A stretch of 64,000 nt of DNA from Dehalococcoidia bacterium (GCA_965219925.1 OZ244795.1:4165049-4229048), one strand, 5' to 3'. Positions 19,401-28,942 are shown, counted from the stretch's first letter. Notes: a model not told the origin generated them from the letters alone. Numbers and translations are program-made.

Positions 19401-19695
19401 TGTCATCGCGAGCGTAGCGTGGCAATCTCGTCGCCGCAGCAATGGTGGTTTGCCGACGTGTACTCAACCTCAACGAGATTGCCACGTGGTTCGACAGGCT
19501 CACCATGAGCGGCTGCGCTCCTCGCAATGAGGGGGCGTTGCGAATTTCACCCTCACCCCAACCCTCTCCCATCGAGGGAGAGGGGGCCTGCCGTTTTACA
19601 TCGATGGACAGGATGGACAGGATTTTGGGCCGTGGTTCGTTGCGGGATTGCCACGTCGCTTTGCTCCTCGCAATGACAAAGTGGGTACGCGTGAG
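19401..19695. repeat. mosaic repeat block (four nested repeat families)
   Basis: Contains, in order: GTCATYGCGAG...GGCAATCTCG...CGAGATTGCC hairpin unit; TGGTTCGACAGGCTCACCATGAGCGG; CTCCTCGCAATGA; TCACCCTCACCCCAACCCTCTCCC-GGGAGAGGG; TTTTACATCGATGGACAGGATGGACAGGAT (19594-19623); terminal TGACAAAGTGGGTACGCGTGAG. Confidence 0.8.
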
Positions 19696-19850
19696 TGACA
19701 GGGGGTGGTTGACTGGCCGGATGAACGGTTTGTAGGCTGAAGAAAATCCAAAAACCAGATAGCCGGTGGGACTGACCTGATGCCGGGTCGGTCGCGCCGG
19801 CTTTTTGCACAGCGCTTCGACCCCTCGCTGCACCGGCTGGGGAGGTCGAA

Positions 19851-20582
19851 ATGATCAACACGCAATTGGGACGCGACCGGTGGCCGTCGGTGGTGGCGCC
19901 GTCGGTTATCGGGCCTTTGGATTCGCGGGCGGAGCTGTTGCGGGCGCTGGACGCCTTCCGCCGCGGCGTCGCCGGCGCTCCGGTGGTGTGTAAGGGGTCG
20001 CCCGGTATGCCGCAGATTGGAGAAAACGCCCCGTCGGTAAACGGCGCCGGGAGCTACACTCGGCATTCTCCAGCGGACGGGATTCCGTCGGAGGGCGCTC
20101 GGTTAACGGTGGTCGCCTCGACGGACGATGCCGACCGGCACGGCGATACGGTGGCCCTGGACGGCTGGCAACTGGACAACTACCGAAGGAATCCGGTGCT
20201 GCTGTGGGCGCACGATTACGGACAACCCCCCATCGGGCGGGCATCGGAGTTGTGGCGCGACGGCCATGCGCTGGTGGCCCGCATGGAGTTTGCGCCGACC
20301 CGGTTCGCCCAGGAAGTTGAGGGACTGTACCGGCAGGGGTATCAGCGTGGCGTGTCGGTTGGGTTCAGGCCCGTGCGGTTCGAGGAGCGGCGCGACCTGC
20401 GAAGCGGCGCCCTGCTGGGCATCCGGTTTCTGGAACAGGAGCTGCTGGAGATAAGCGCGGTGCCCGTTCCGGCCAACGGGGCAGCCCTGCTGCAAACCAA
20501 CGGCTCCGCACACGCTGACCCGGCGTCGCCCGCGGCATCGCTGGTTTCGTTGCTGCGAACCTGGCGCGGCGCGGCGTGCTGA
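19851..20582 (+). CDS. HK97-family prohead protease
   Basis: DRHGDTVALDGWQLDNYRRNPVLLWAHDYGQPPIG...GVSVGFRP...LLEISAVPVPANG. A GGAGG RBS precedes the ATG. Confidence 0.85.
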   Translation: MINTQLGRDRWPSVVAPSVIGPLDSRAELLRALDAFRRGVAGAPVVCKGSPGMPQIGENAPSVNGAGSYTRHSPADGIPSEGARLTVVASTDDADRHGDTVALDGWQLDNYRRNPVLLWAHDYGQPPIGRASELWRDGHALVARMEFAPTRFAQEVEGLYRQGYQRGVSVGFRPVRFEERRDLRSGALLGIRFLEQELLEISAVPVPANGAALLQTNGSAHADPASPAASLVSLLRTWRGAAC

Positions 20583-20590
20583 CCGCCTTT

Positions 20591-20768
20591 GTCATTGGGA
20601 TCGCAGCGTGGGGGTGGGGACGGGTTTTTACCGGGATGAACAGGATGGACGGGATGGACAGGATTTTTGGGTGTTACGTGTAACGGTATTGCCACGTCCT
20701 TCGACAGGCTCAGGATGAGCGGAAATTCCTCGGAATGACAATGGGGGCTGTGCCCCTGGCAATGACAA
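20591..20768. repeat. composite repeat between the protease and capsid genes
   Basis: tttttaccgggatgaacaggatggacgggatggacaggatttttgggtgttacgtgtaacggtattgccacgtccttcgacaggctcaggatgagcgg. By eye it is about 90 percent identical to 26740-26836. Confidence 0.8.
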
Positions 20769-20799
20769 TTGAAATGAAACGCAAAGGAGTTTTGCAAAT

Positions 20800-22137
20800 A
20801 TGACTCTATCTAACTGGGAAATGGAAACCATCAAAAACGAAGTGGCCGAGGTGCGCGAGTTTTACCGTCAACGCCTCGACGCCGACCTGCCCCCGCTGCA
20901 GGAAGAGATCAGGCGGTTGAGCCAGGCCGTGGCCGATATTACGGAACGCCGCCGCGAGGCCGAGCGTCAGCAGGTATTGGCTCATTACAACGGAGGGGTC
21001 GGGAGCGCCGAGCGCGCGGTGGTTCCCTTCGGCAAGTATCAGGGGATGGACGCACTGGACCTGGCCTGCGTGCGCAGTGTATTGGCAGCGCAGCAGCGGG
21101 AACCGGGCGACGCCGATTCGCGGTCGCTGGAAGCATGGCAGGACAACCTGAAGGCGGCAATGGACAGCGCCACCGCCAGCCGGGGAGATGAACTTGTGCC
21201 CACGGCAGAAGCAGCCACATTGTGGGCCGACGTCAATCTGGACACGCACGTAGCGGCCCTGTTCCCGCGAGTGGACATGCCCACCAACCCGTTCCAGATC
21301 CCGTTGCAACTGGGCGACGTGTCCTGGTATCCGGGCACCGAAAACACCGCCACCACCGATACGGCTTTGTCCACGGCCCGCCAGACCCTTACCGCGTATG
21401 AGCTGGTGGCCGAAGTTCCCTGGTCGCTGACCCTGGACGAGGATGCGGTGATCGCCATGGCCGGCGAGGTGCGCAGTACGCTGGTTCGCAACGCGGTGGA
21501 AGTGATCGACGACGTGCTGCTCAACGCGGATACGACGGCGGTCAACAACATCAACGCTGACACGGCCACTATCGCGGCGTCGGACGCCGGCAAGGGACAC
21601 TGGCTGGTTGGGTTCGACGGCCTGCTGCACCTGCCGCTGGTCGACAACACGGCGCAGGGCAACGACCACGGTGATGCTCCCGACGCCGATATGTACAACG
21701 AGGCGCGCGGGCTGCTGGGCAAGTATGGGGTGCGTCCGTCGGAGCTGGCTTACATCGTGGACGTGAGCACCTACATCAAGTCGCTGGCCGCAGAGGAGTT
21801 CCGCACGCTGGACAAACTGGGGCCACAGGCGACCATCCTGAATGGGCAGCTGGCGCAGGTGGACGGCATACCGGTCATCGTGTCCGAGCAGATGGCCAAA
21901 TCGGATGTGGACGGCAAGGTTACTTCGGGCGGGACCAATGCCAAAGGCCGGCTGCTGCTGGTGAACCGTTCCCAGTGGCGGTTGGGGTTCCGGCGGGAGC
22001 TGATGATCGAAACCACCCGCGACATTCAGAAACGCCAGAACATCATGGTGGTCAGTATGCGGCTGGCTTTCATGGAGCGCACGGGCAACCGGGGAGCCGC
22101 CACCCACACCGCGCTGCAATACAACATCACGGTGTAG
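20800..22137 (+). CDS. HK97-family major capsid protein with N-terminal coiled-coil (delta-like) region
   Basis: 445 aa. The coiled-coil N-terminus is followed by LVPTAEAATLW, FQIPLQLGD, YELVAEVPWS and the GFRRELMIE...MVVSMRLAF capsid-fold C-terminus. It sits directly after the protease. Confidence 0.85.
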   Translation: MTLSNWEMETIKNEVAEVREFYRQRLDADLPPLQEEIRRLSQAVADITERRREAERQQVLAHYNGGVGSAERAVVPFGKYQGMDALDLACVRSVLAAQQREPGDADSRSLEAWQDNLKAAMDSATASRGDELVPTAEAATLWADVNLDTHVAALFPRVDMPTNPFQIPLQLGDVSWYPGTENTATTDTALSTARQTLTAYELVAEVPWSLTLDEDAVIAMAGEVRSTLVRNAVEVIDDVLLNADTTAVNNINADTATIAASDAGKGHWLVGFDGLLHLPLVDNTAQGNDHGDAPDADMYNEARGLLGKYGVRPSELAYIVDVSTYIKSLAAEEFRTLDKLGPQATILNGQLAQVDGIPVIVSEQMAKSDVDGKVTSGGTNAKGRLLLVNRSQWRLGFRRELMIETTRDIQKRQNIMVVSMRLAFMERTGNRGAATHTALQYNITV

Positions 22138-22229
22138 CGGCGGTGCGACGCCCTGAGTTCAAAGCCTTTACCGGCGGGTCTATCTGAAGCAAACGATGGG
22201 TCCAAGACAACGCAATCTGGAGGAATTGG

Positions 22230-23096
22230 ATGGCAAACGCATACGCAGACCTGGCAACTCTCAAGTCGGCGTCGCTGCTGAACGTTGCGGTGGATGACTT
22301 CGACGACCGGCTGCTGGGTCTGCTGGGGAGCGCCTCGCGGTGGATTGATGGCTACTGCGACCGGCATTTTGCGGCGCGACACGCTCGGCTTACTTTCGAT
22401 GGTTCTGGCGATGGTTCCGGAGGCGATTCGCTGGCGGTACCCGACCTGATCGAAGTCAGTTCCATCAGCGTCGGTTTGGGTTCGGGTCGCCGGAGCGAGT
22501 GGTCGGCGGATGACTGGACGTTGTACCCGCTGAATGCGGAACCGGATGAGCCGTGGGGCCGGCCTTACACGCGAATCAAGGTGGCCGCCGGTTCGACGCG
22601 GCGTTTCGTGCCAGGTCCCGGCGCCGTGATCGTCGATGGCGTTTGGGGTTACAACAGACGCCTGGTCGATAGCGGTTGGCTGGTGGCCGACATGGCTCCG
22701 GTGGGATCGGGGGACACCAGCATCGCCGCGGCCGCCGGCAACGGAGTGTCGCCGTTGGCAATTTCAGCCGGACACACCATCCGGATTGACGACGAACAGC
22801 TCTATGTAACCAGCGTGGACCGCGGTGTCGCCGCCGCCACGCTTGGGGTGGAAAGGGGGGTCAACGGCACGTCGGCGGCGGCTCATGCCAGCGGACAGGC
22901 CGCGTCGCTGTTTCGCTATCCCGACGCCGTGGCCGAGGCATGTTTGCTGCTGGCATCCCGCTGGTGGCGGCAGCGGGATGCTGCGCCGTTTTCGGCGGCT
23001 GTGGAACAGCAGGTCGGCGAGTCCGCCGGCGTTGACCGCGCGGTGCAAGGGTTGCTGGAGCCGTTCCTGCGTCGGACGGCGGCCCTGGGGGTTTAG
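22230..23096 (+). CDS. putative head-tail connector/adaptor (gp6-like N-terminus)
   Basis: YADLATLKSASLLNV...DDRLLGLLGSASRWIDGYCDRHF resembles gp6-like connectors. Position after the capsid gene supports this. Confidence 0.5.
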   Translation: MANAYADLATLKSASLLNVAVDDFDDRLLGLLGSASRWIDGYCDRHFAARHARLTFDGSGDGSGGDSLAVPDLIEVSSISVGLGSGRRSEWSADDWTLYPLNAEPDEPWGRPYTRIKVAAGSTRRFVPGPGAVIVDGVWGYNRRLVDSGWLVADMAPVGSGDTSIAAAAGNGVSPLAISAGHTIRIDDEQLYVTSVDRGVAAATLGVERGVNGTSAAAHASGQAASLFRYPDAVAEACLLLASRWWRQRDAAPFSAAVEQQVGESAGVDRAVQGLLEPFLRRTAALGV

Positions 23097-23098
23097 GT

Positions 23099-23524
23099 AT
23101 GCCGAGGATAGCCGCCGCCAGCCGCAGTTACCTGGCGGTCGCGGACGCCGCCGGAATGATGCGCGACCTGTCGCCCTGGTTGGAGAGCGTCAGTCCGCTG
23201 GGGAAGGTGGTGGGTTGGCTGGACGCCACCGGATTGAACGATGTGGCGGGCAGGACGATGTCGGCGACGGAAACGGCCCAGGAATTTGAGGTATCGGGCC
23301 GGTGGGACGATGCGCCCGAATCCAGCCCCGACGCCGTCCTGTCGTCCATCGTGGGCCGGCCGGTAGCAGTGCAATACGGGCCGGCCGGAAGCGCTCCGGG
23401 ACAACGCCGGGTGGCGGGAAGGTTCGTCTGCCTGTCGTACCAAATCTCCAGCCGGTCGGGTCATCCGGTACGGTTCGAGGCGCGGTTCCGGCAGGATGGC
23501 CCGGTTGCGTTGGAGGTGTGGTAG
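23099..23524 (+). CDS. small phage structural protein (tail-tube-like by size and position only)
   Basis: 141 aa, with its start 2 nt after the upstream stop. No motif was recognised with certainty. Confidence 0.4.
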   Translation: MPRIAAASRSYLAVADAAGMMRDLSPWLESVSPLGKVVGWLDATGLNDVAGRTMSATETAQEFEVSGRWDDAPESSPDAVLSSIVGRPVAVQYGPAGSAPGQRRVAGRFVCLSYQISSRSGHPVRFEARFRQDGPVALEVW

Positions 23525-23558
23525 GGATCAACGGTAAGTCCGTAGCCGGCTAATCCTG

Positions 23559-23720
23559 TCACTCCACGTGGCTGCGGGAGTCGCGATTGGCGTCTTTCAA
23601 TTCTTTTAAAATCTGCCTTAGCTCGCTCGAATTCCGCAGCACCACCCACAGTGTTAACATCAGCAGGAGACAAATGAAAGTCAACCAAGCATAAAGCGCG
23701 TAGTCTTCACCGGCAGTCAT
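23559..23720 (-). CDS. 53-aa single-pass membrane protein (not in the ORF track, found by hand translation)
   Basis: MTAGEDYALYAWLTFICLLLMLTLWVVLRNSSELRQILKELKDANRDSRSHVE. Lies downstream of the VWA gene on the same strand, in the same lower-GC patch. Confidence 0.35.
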   Translation of the reverse strand: MTAGEDYALYAWLTFICLLLMLTLWVVLRNSSELRQILKELKDANRDSRSHVE

Positions 23721-23782
23721 AGCAAGATCGAATGGCGGAGGCCAATTGCGACAGTATCGCAGATGACGGCATTACGCGCAAT

Positions 23783-24514
23783 TTAGTACGCCGGTATGAA
23801 ACTGCCGCCAGTAGCATCAGCAAGAAGTTGGAGCATCTGTTCGTCCGCATCAGCTCCGAAAGCGACGGTATCTACTGGGACCGCCGATTGCACCAAGTCG
23901 TCAATCGTTGCTTGGTAGACCTCGAAATCGGTAGCCAAACCGTCTGACATGAGCACGATCCGGTTCTCCCGGCAGACGGTTTTGCTGAAAAGGAGCCAGC
24001 GGGATTGTTCCTGGCATAGGGGTCGGTCCGGGAGCATTCGCTGAGCTTCCTGCAAAGCCGTAAACATGGCGGTTCTACCACTTTGAGCGGCAAAAGATGG
24101 AATTGCGGTGTCCCAGGGCGCTGTGTCAGGTTCAGTGAAGTCAAACAGCAACTGAGCTTCGTCACCAAACATCAGCAACGCTATTTCGCTATTGTCGGTA
24201 GGTTTGTTGGCTAGTTCACGCAATGCCTCGTGCAACGGCGACAATTTGTCCATCATGCTATCGGAATCGTCCACCACGTAAACAACCATTGCATCATCGG
24301 TAAGCAGTGCTGGTAGGACGGCCTGAATTGGAGCCGGCACACCACTGACGATCCCGTCCGATTCATTGAGAACGTACCCGGCGCCGATGATAAGCAGCGC
24401 TAGCAACAGGAGGAGGAGCAGTATCCAGGGCCATTTTCGACGACGATTTGGACCCCCAGGCTCTTGTGAAAGCCAAAGTACGCTGGGGTTATCAATCATG
24501 TAGCAGGGCCCCAC
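23783..24514 (-). CDS. membrane-anchored von Willebrand factor A (VWA) domain protein
   Basis: N-terminal TM WPWILLLLLLLALLIIGAGYVL, MIDAS motif VVDDSDSM, and further TAMFTALQEA, IVLMSDGLATD and VDTVAFGADAD. Confidence 0.85.
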   Translation of the reverse strand: MGPCYMIDNPSVLWLSQEPGGPNRRRKWPWILLLLLLLALLIIGAGYVLNESDGIVSGVPAPIQAVLPALLTDDAMVVYVVDDSDSMMDKLSPLHEALRELANKPTDNSEIALLMFGDEAQLLFDFTEPDTAPWDTAIPSFAAQSGRTAMFTALQEAQRMLPDRPLCQEQSRWLLFSKTVCRENRIVLMSDGLATDFEVYQATIDDLVQSAVPVDTVAFGADADEQMLQLLADATGGSFIPAY

Positions 24515-24606
24515 TCTGACGGAATTCGGACACTGACGCGGTCATTGTACAGGAAATGGGTACAGCAATTGCGCGGTGAGAAATATTTTTGGAGGTAAAG
24601 GACAAT

Positions 24607-26655
24607 ATGACAGGTGTTTTGGATAAGTTGGCCGTCAGGTCGGCTGGCTTCTCTGCCGCCGCCCCGGCGCTGCGCTGGCAGGTTCTGGTGGACTGGTTCG
24701 GGGACGGATTGTGGAACGCTGAAAACGTGGACGATTCCGACGACCTGGCCGGCGTTCGCTGGCGCTGGGGTCGCGTCGGGTTGCCCGTTCCCGAGTTTGT
24801 CGGGCCGGCCACGCTGGAACTGACGCTGAAGAACCCGCGGCATCGCTACACGCCGGGCAGCCTGACGTCTCCGCTGGCCGGCCATGTTGCCCCGGGGCGC
24901 GAGGTTTGGCTGCGGGCCGGGTGGCTGTATGATGACTTTGAGACCGATACCGGCGCTGCCGAGGAACTGGACGGTCGCGCAACTACTTATGGAGCCGCGC
25001 GGTGGGAAGCGCTGACAACCCCGGGCAACGGGTTTCATGCGTCCGGCGGCGAGGTTAGAGGACGGGTCGGACGCGGCGTGCCGTCGGCGGCCCTGGCGGT
25101 GGTGGAAACCGGAGATCCCCTGGCGACGCTCATCGTCCGCTACCGGCGGGTGAGTGACGGGATGGGTGGATTCGGACTGCGATGCGCGTCGCTAACCGAT
25201 TTTCTGCGGCTGCGGTTCACCGACGACATGACGCTGTTGGAGCGAGTTTCCGGAGCATCGGCAACGGCGCTGGCGACCGGCGACGCGCTGGCCGGATCGG
25301 TTTGGTATGAGCTGGAAATCGTGCCTGACGGTGTTGGCGTGGCAGTGTACGCCACCAACCTGGAGTCGGCGGGCGTGGTGCGCAGCGAGGTTCTGTCGGC
25401 AAGCGACGTCGGTGATGCGCCGCAATCGGGGCGGCACGGCATCTGGCACGGTTTCCGAAATTCGGTTGATCGATGGGGACCGTTCCACGTTGGCCGCAGT
25501 CTCTTCAGCGGCAGCATCACTGCAATCGAGCCGGACGGCGCAGCGGGAGTATGCCGCGTGTCGGCGGTGGATGCGTCGGCGCGGCTGGACGGTGTGCGCC
25601 TGTTCCGTCAACTGGCCGGCGGATTAATGCGCTCGGGCTCCGTCGCCCGCGCCATACTGGACTGGGCGGGCCTGGACGCCGGGGACATCGGCGCCGACGC
25701 CGGCAGGGTGTTGCTGACCGGTGGGCCGCGCCCGGTGTGGGACGTTTCGGCGGGCCGGGCCCTGCGGCAACTGCAGCGGGAGGAACACGGGTTGATCTAC
25801 GTCGATGGCCTGGGCCGTATGCGGCTGGAAGCGGCGGCGGCGCGCTCGGCCATCCGCGCCAGTGATGCCCCGACTGACCTCGCCCGCACCTCGGTGGGCG
25901 ACACCGCCGGCGGAAACACGGCGTACGCCTTGGGGATGATCTGGGACAGTGGAACCGCCGCCATCGAATCCGAGGTTACCTTTCGTTACTTCCGTCCCGT
26001 GGACAATGGCCGCCAGCAGATTTGGACTTTGCCAGAGCCGCTCACCCTGGAGCCACAATCCGGGGAGACGCTGCTGGCCACTACCGACGACTACGAGGCC
26101 ATCACCGGTGTGGAAATTCCCGCCAGGGCGACGGATTTTGAGGCGACGGCCAACGCCGACGGGACCGGGGATGATGTTACCGATTCCGTGACGGTTGAGC
26201 CGGTGGCGGAAGCCGAATCTGCCGTGGCCGGCCGGGGAGTTGCGTTGTGGATTCGCAACGACTCAACGAGCGTTGCGTATCTGCAGCGCCTGGAGGTTTA
26301 CGCGGGCCATTGCTGGCGGGCTTCCGCAGAGGTTGCCTACCGGGCCGATGTACCGAGGGGTTCCCCGATCAGCCGGGTGGTGGAGTGTTGGTTCACTGAC
26401 AACTACGCCGCGGCCAGAGAAACGGCGGACGCCCGGCTGAATGATCGATCCGTCGCCCGACCGCAGCTGGAGATTGCGTTGCCGTTGGTCAGTTGGGCCA
26501 ATCTGCGCGCAGTGGTGGAGGCCCGGTTGTCCGACGTGGTCGCAGTGCAGGCGACAACGCAAAGCATCAGCGGGGCGTGGCTGCTGGAAGGCATGGAGAT
26601 AAATGCGGTGGTGGGATCGCCCCCGGCGGCCCGGTGGTGGCTGACGCAAGTGTAA
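24607..26655 (+). CDS. large phage tail-like structural protein (distal-tail/hub-like, function unresolved)
   Basis: 682 aa after a GGAGG RBS. The segment ALRQLQREEHGLIYVDGLGRMRLE resembles a motif common in phage tail/baseplate proteins. Its position at the end of the structural block supports the call. Confidence 0.5.
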   Translation: MTGVLDKLAVRSAGFSAAAPALRWQVLVDWFGDGLWNAENVDDSDDLAGVRWRWGRVGLPVPEFVGPATLELTLKNPRHRYTPGSLTSPLAGHVAPGREVWLRAGWLYDDFETDTGAAEELDGRATTYGAARWEALTTPGNGFHASGGEVRGRVGRGVPSAALAVVETGDPLATLIVRYRRVSDGMGGFGLRCASLTDFLRLRFTDDMTLLERVSGASATALATGDALAGSVWYELEIVPDGVGVAVYATNLESAGVVRSEVLSASDVGDAPQSGRHGIWHGFRNSVDRWGPFHVGRSLFSGSITAIEPDGAAGVCRVSAVDASARLDGVRLFRQLAGGLMRSGSVARAILDWAGLDAGDIGADAGRVLLTGGPRPVWDVSAGRALRQLQREEHGLIYVDGLGRMRLEAAAARSAIRASDAPTDLARTSVGDTAGGNTAYALGMIWDSGTAAIESEVTFRYFRPVDNGRQQIWTLPEPLTLEPQSGETLLATTDDYEAITGVEIPARATDFEATANADGTGDDVTDSVTVEPVAEAESAVAGRGVALWIRNDSTSVAYLQRLEVYAGHCWRASAEVAYRADVPRGSPISRVVECWFTDNYAAARETADARLNDRSVARPQLEIALPLVSWANLRAVVEARLSDVVAVQATTQSISGAWLLEGMEINAVVGSPPAARWWLTQV

Positions 26656-26687
26656 GCGCAAGCGTTCATCGCAATAACGGGAGACAT

Positions 26688-26890
26688 TCTCACCCTCACC
26701 CCAACCCTCTCCCATCAAGGGAGAAGGGGAAGGAGCGGGTTTTTACCTGGATGAACAGGATGGACCGGATGGACAGGATTTTTGGATGTTATGTGTAACG
26801 GGATTGCCACGTGGTTCGACAGGCTCACCATGAGCGGCCTGCGCTCCTCGCAATGACAGGGGGTAGGGGGCAACGGGGTTGCCACGTCGC
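26688..26890. repeat. composite mosaic repeat after the tail-like gene
   Basis: Contains tcaccctcaccccaaccctctcccatcaagggagaagggg, then ttttacctggatgaacaggatggaccggatggacaggat (26741-26779), then gattgccacgtggttcgacaggctcaccatgagcgg, then ctcctcgcaatgac. Confidence 0.8.
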
Positions 26891-26941
26891 TGTGGTATCA
26901 TCGGATACGCAAAATTGCCTGCTGGCCGTTGAGGTGCCGCA

Positions 26942-28447
26942 TTGCCTGCTAATGACAATATCTATGACGTAATCGTGGTGGGAGCCGGAAACGCCGCGCT
27001 GTCTGCCGCCATCGCCGCCCGCGAGCAAACCGAGTCGGTTTTGGTCCTGGAAAAAGCGCCGGAGTATTTCCGAGGTGGGAACACCTACTTCACCGGCGGC
27101 ATCATCCGCTTCGCCTATAACGGCCTTGACGACATCAAGGGGCTGATACCCGACATGTCGGAAACCGAGGCCAACTCCATTGAGGTAGGGCAGTACACGG
27201 CCAACCAGTTTTATGACGACATGATGAGAGTTACCCACGGCCTGTCCGACCCGGAGCTGGCTGAGATTCTGGTGAGCCAATCGTATCCCACCATGAAATG
27301 GCTCCAGGAGCATGGCGTCCGCTTCGTGTTGTCCTTCGGACGTCAGGCGTTCCGCGACGGCGACAAATTCCGGTTCTGGGGCGGGTTGGTGGTCGAAGCG
27401 GTTGGGGCCGGCAAGGGGTTGTCTGATCAACAGTTCGACGTGTGCCAGGCGTTGGGCGTAGAAGTCCGTTATGCCACCGAGGGCATTTCGCTAATCCAGG
27501 ACCAGCGCGGAAATGTGGCTGGCCTTCGTGTCAAGGGACCGGAAGGTTTCGAGGATCTGGCGGCTCGCACGGTGGTGTTGGCGGCCGGCGGTTTCGAGGC
27601 CAATGCCGAGATGCGCTGCCGGTATCTTGGTCCCGGCTGGGAAACCGTCAAGGTACGCGGCATCCCGTACAATACCGGCGACGGCATCCGCATGGCGCTG
27701 GACATAGGCGCGCAATCTTACGGGCACTGGTCATCGTGCCACGCCGTGGCCTGGGACATGAATGCTCCCACCTTTGGCGACCGCACGGTAACCGAACTGT
27801 TCCAAAAGCACTCGTATCCCTTCGGCCTGATGGTAAACCTCGACGGTGAGCGCTTCCTGGACGAGGGCGCCGACTTTCGCAACTACACCTACGTAACCTA
27901 CGGACGGGCGCTGATGGATCAGCCCCAGGGTCTGGCATTCCAGATTTTCGATGAGAAGGTGAAGCACCTGCTGCGCGACGAATACTGGATTCCCCAGGCA
28001 ACCACCGCCGAGGCCAATACCATCGAGGAACTGGCGCGGCTGCTGGACATCGATCCAGTTGGCCTGGTGCGCACGGTCGAGGAGTACAACGCCTCGGTTC
28101 GCACCGACATTCCATACAACGCCACCGTGAAGGACGGACGCTGCACGGAGGGCCTGGAGGTCAACAAAACCAACTGGGCCGAAACGCTGGATACCCCGCC
28201 GTATCGCGGGTGGGCGGTAACCACGGGCATCACGTTTACCTTCGGCGGCGTGAAGGTGAACAACCGGGGACAGGTGGTGACCAACGCTCAGGAACCGATC
28301 CCGGGTCTCTATGCGGCCGGTGAAATGGTGGGCGGGCTGTTCTACCACAACTACCCCGGCGGCAGCGGCCTGAGCGCCGGTATGGTGTTCGGACGGCTGG
28401 CCGGCGACAGCGCCGGCACGGACGCGCTGGTGGCGAAAGACGTGTAG
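26942..28447 (+). CDS. FAD-binding dehydrogenase (TcuA / fumarate-reductase flavoprotein-like)
   Basis: YDVIVVGAGNAALSAAIAARE, FRGGNTYFTGG, VVLAAGGFEAN and GLYAAGEMVGGLFYHNYPGGSGL. Confidence 0.85.
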   Translation: MPANDNIYDVIVVGAGNAALSAAIAAREQTESVLVLEKAPEYFRGGNTYFTGGIIRFAYNGLDDIKGLIPDMSETEANSIEVGQYTANQFYDDMMRVTHGLSDPELAEILVSQSYPTMKWLQEHGVRFVLSFGRQAFRDGDKFRFWGGLVVEAVGAGKGLSDQQFDVCQALGVEVRYATEGISLIQDQRGNVAGLRVKGPEGFEDLAARTVVLAAGGFEANAEMRCRYLGPGWETVKVRGIPYNTGDGIRMALDIGAQSYGHWSSCHAVAWDMNAPTFGDRTVTELFQKHSYPFGLMVNLDGERFLDEGADFRNYTYVTYGRALMDQPQGLAFQIFDEKVKHLLRDEYWIPQATTAEANTIEELARLLDIDPVGLVRTVEEYNASVRTDIPYNATVKDGRCTEGLEVNKTNWAETLDTPPYRGWAVTTGITFTFGGVKVNNRGQVVTNAQEPIPGLYAAGEMVGGLFYHNYPGGSGLSAGMVFGRLAGDSAGTDALVAKDV

Positions 28448-28450
28448 GCC
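28361..28450 (+). repeat. direct repeat copy 1 (the 3' end of the FAD dehydrogenase gene)
   Basis: ggcagcggcctgagcgccggtatggtgttcggacggctggccggcgacagcgccggcacggacgcgctggtggcgaaagacgtgtaggc recurs at 28943 with 9 mismatches in 89 nt. Confidence 0.9.
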
Positions 28451-28510
28451 GGTGACGGCTACTGCAGGGAGGAACTCGGAACAACCATCTAATTTTGCCC
28501 GATTGTCATA

Positions 28511-28924
28511 ATGGGAAACAGCGATGACAATCGGTCTTGGTGGCGATTCTTCGATGGCTCGGCGTCGGTTAGCGTCGGTATGCTGGTCGCAGTTGCTTTC
28601 AGATACTGCGGGTTCTGCGACGACATACCGATATTGGGCTTCATTAATGGGCTGACCCGTGATGACGACGGCGTAATAATCGTCGCTACTCTGCTGCTGT
28701 TCCCCACCACGGCGGCGCTATACGGAGGTTTGAAGATGTTCTTTGCGGCCAAAGAAGCGGTGGAAAAGAAGGCTCGCGAGCGGGGTCGGCGGGAGGGTCG
28801 GCAAGAAGGCCGGCAGGAGGGCCGGCAGGAAATGCGTGAGCGGATCATGCGCATACTGGCGGAGCGCGGTACGCCAGTAACACAGGAGGAACTGGCCCAA
28901 GCCCTGGCCGGCGACATCGATTAG
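28511..28924 (+). CDS. hypothetical membrane protein with an EGRQ-repeat C-terminal region
   Basis: 137 aa with two hydrophobic segments, then ERGRREGRQEGRQEGRQEMRERIMRIL. It lies exactly between the two direct repeats. Confidence 0.5.
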   Translation: MGNSDDNRSWWRFFDGSASVSVGMLVAVAFRYCGFCDDIPILGFINGLTRDDDGVIIVATLLLFPTTAALYGGLKMFFAAKEAVEKKARERGRREGRQEGRQEGRQEMRERIMRILAERGTPVTQEELAQALAGDID

Positions 28925-28942
28925 GCGCGGCACGCTCCAAGT

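Noticed and set aside
17532-19442. 636-aa ORF on the minus strand covering the whole nadB region
   Set aside because: It is antisense to a clearly recognisable L-aspartate oxidase and its translation is R/G/A/P/H-rich low-complexity sequence with no motifs. Long spurious antisense ORFs are expected in high-GC DNA. The same reasoning applies to 1278-2216, 6320-7402, 38149-39234 and 47793-48395.
19401-19695. CRISPR array hypothesis for the dense intergenic repeats (also at 20591, 26688, 35959 and 39373)
   Set aside because: The repeats belong to several different families, are partly palindromic and nested, and are not regularly spaced with unique spacers. No cas genes are present.
20806-22119. 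437-aa minus-strand ORF opposite the major capsid gene
   Set aside because: It mirrors the capsid ORF almost end to end, has no RBS and shows no recognisable domain. The plus-strand product has capsid-family features and fits the operon context.
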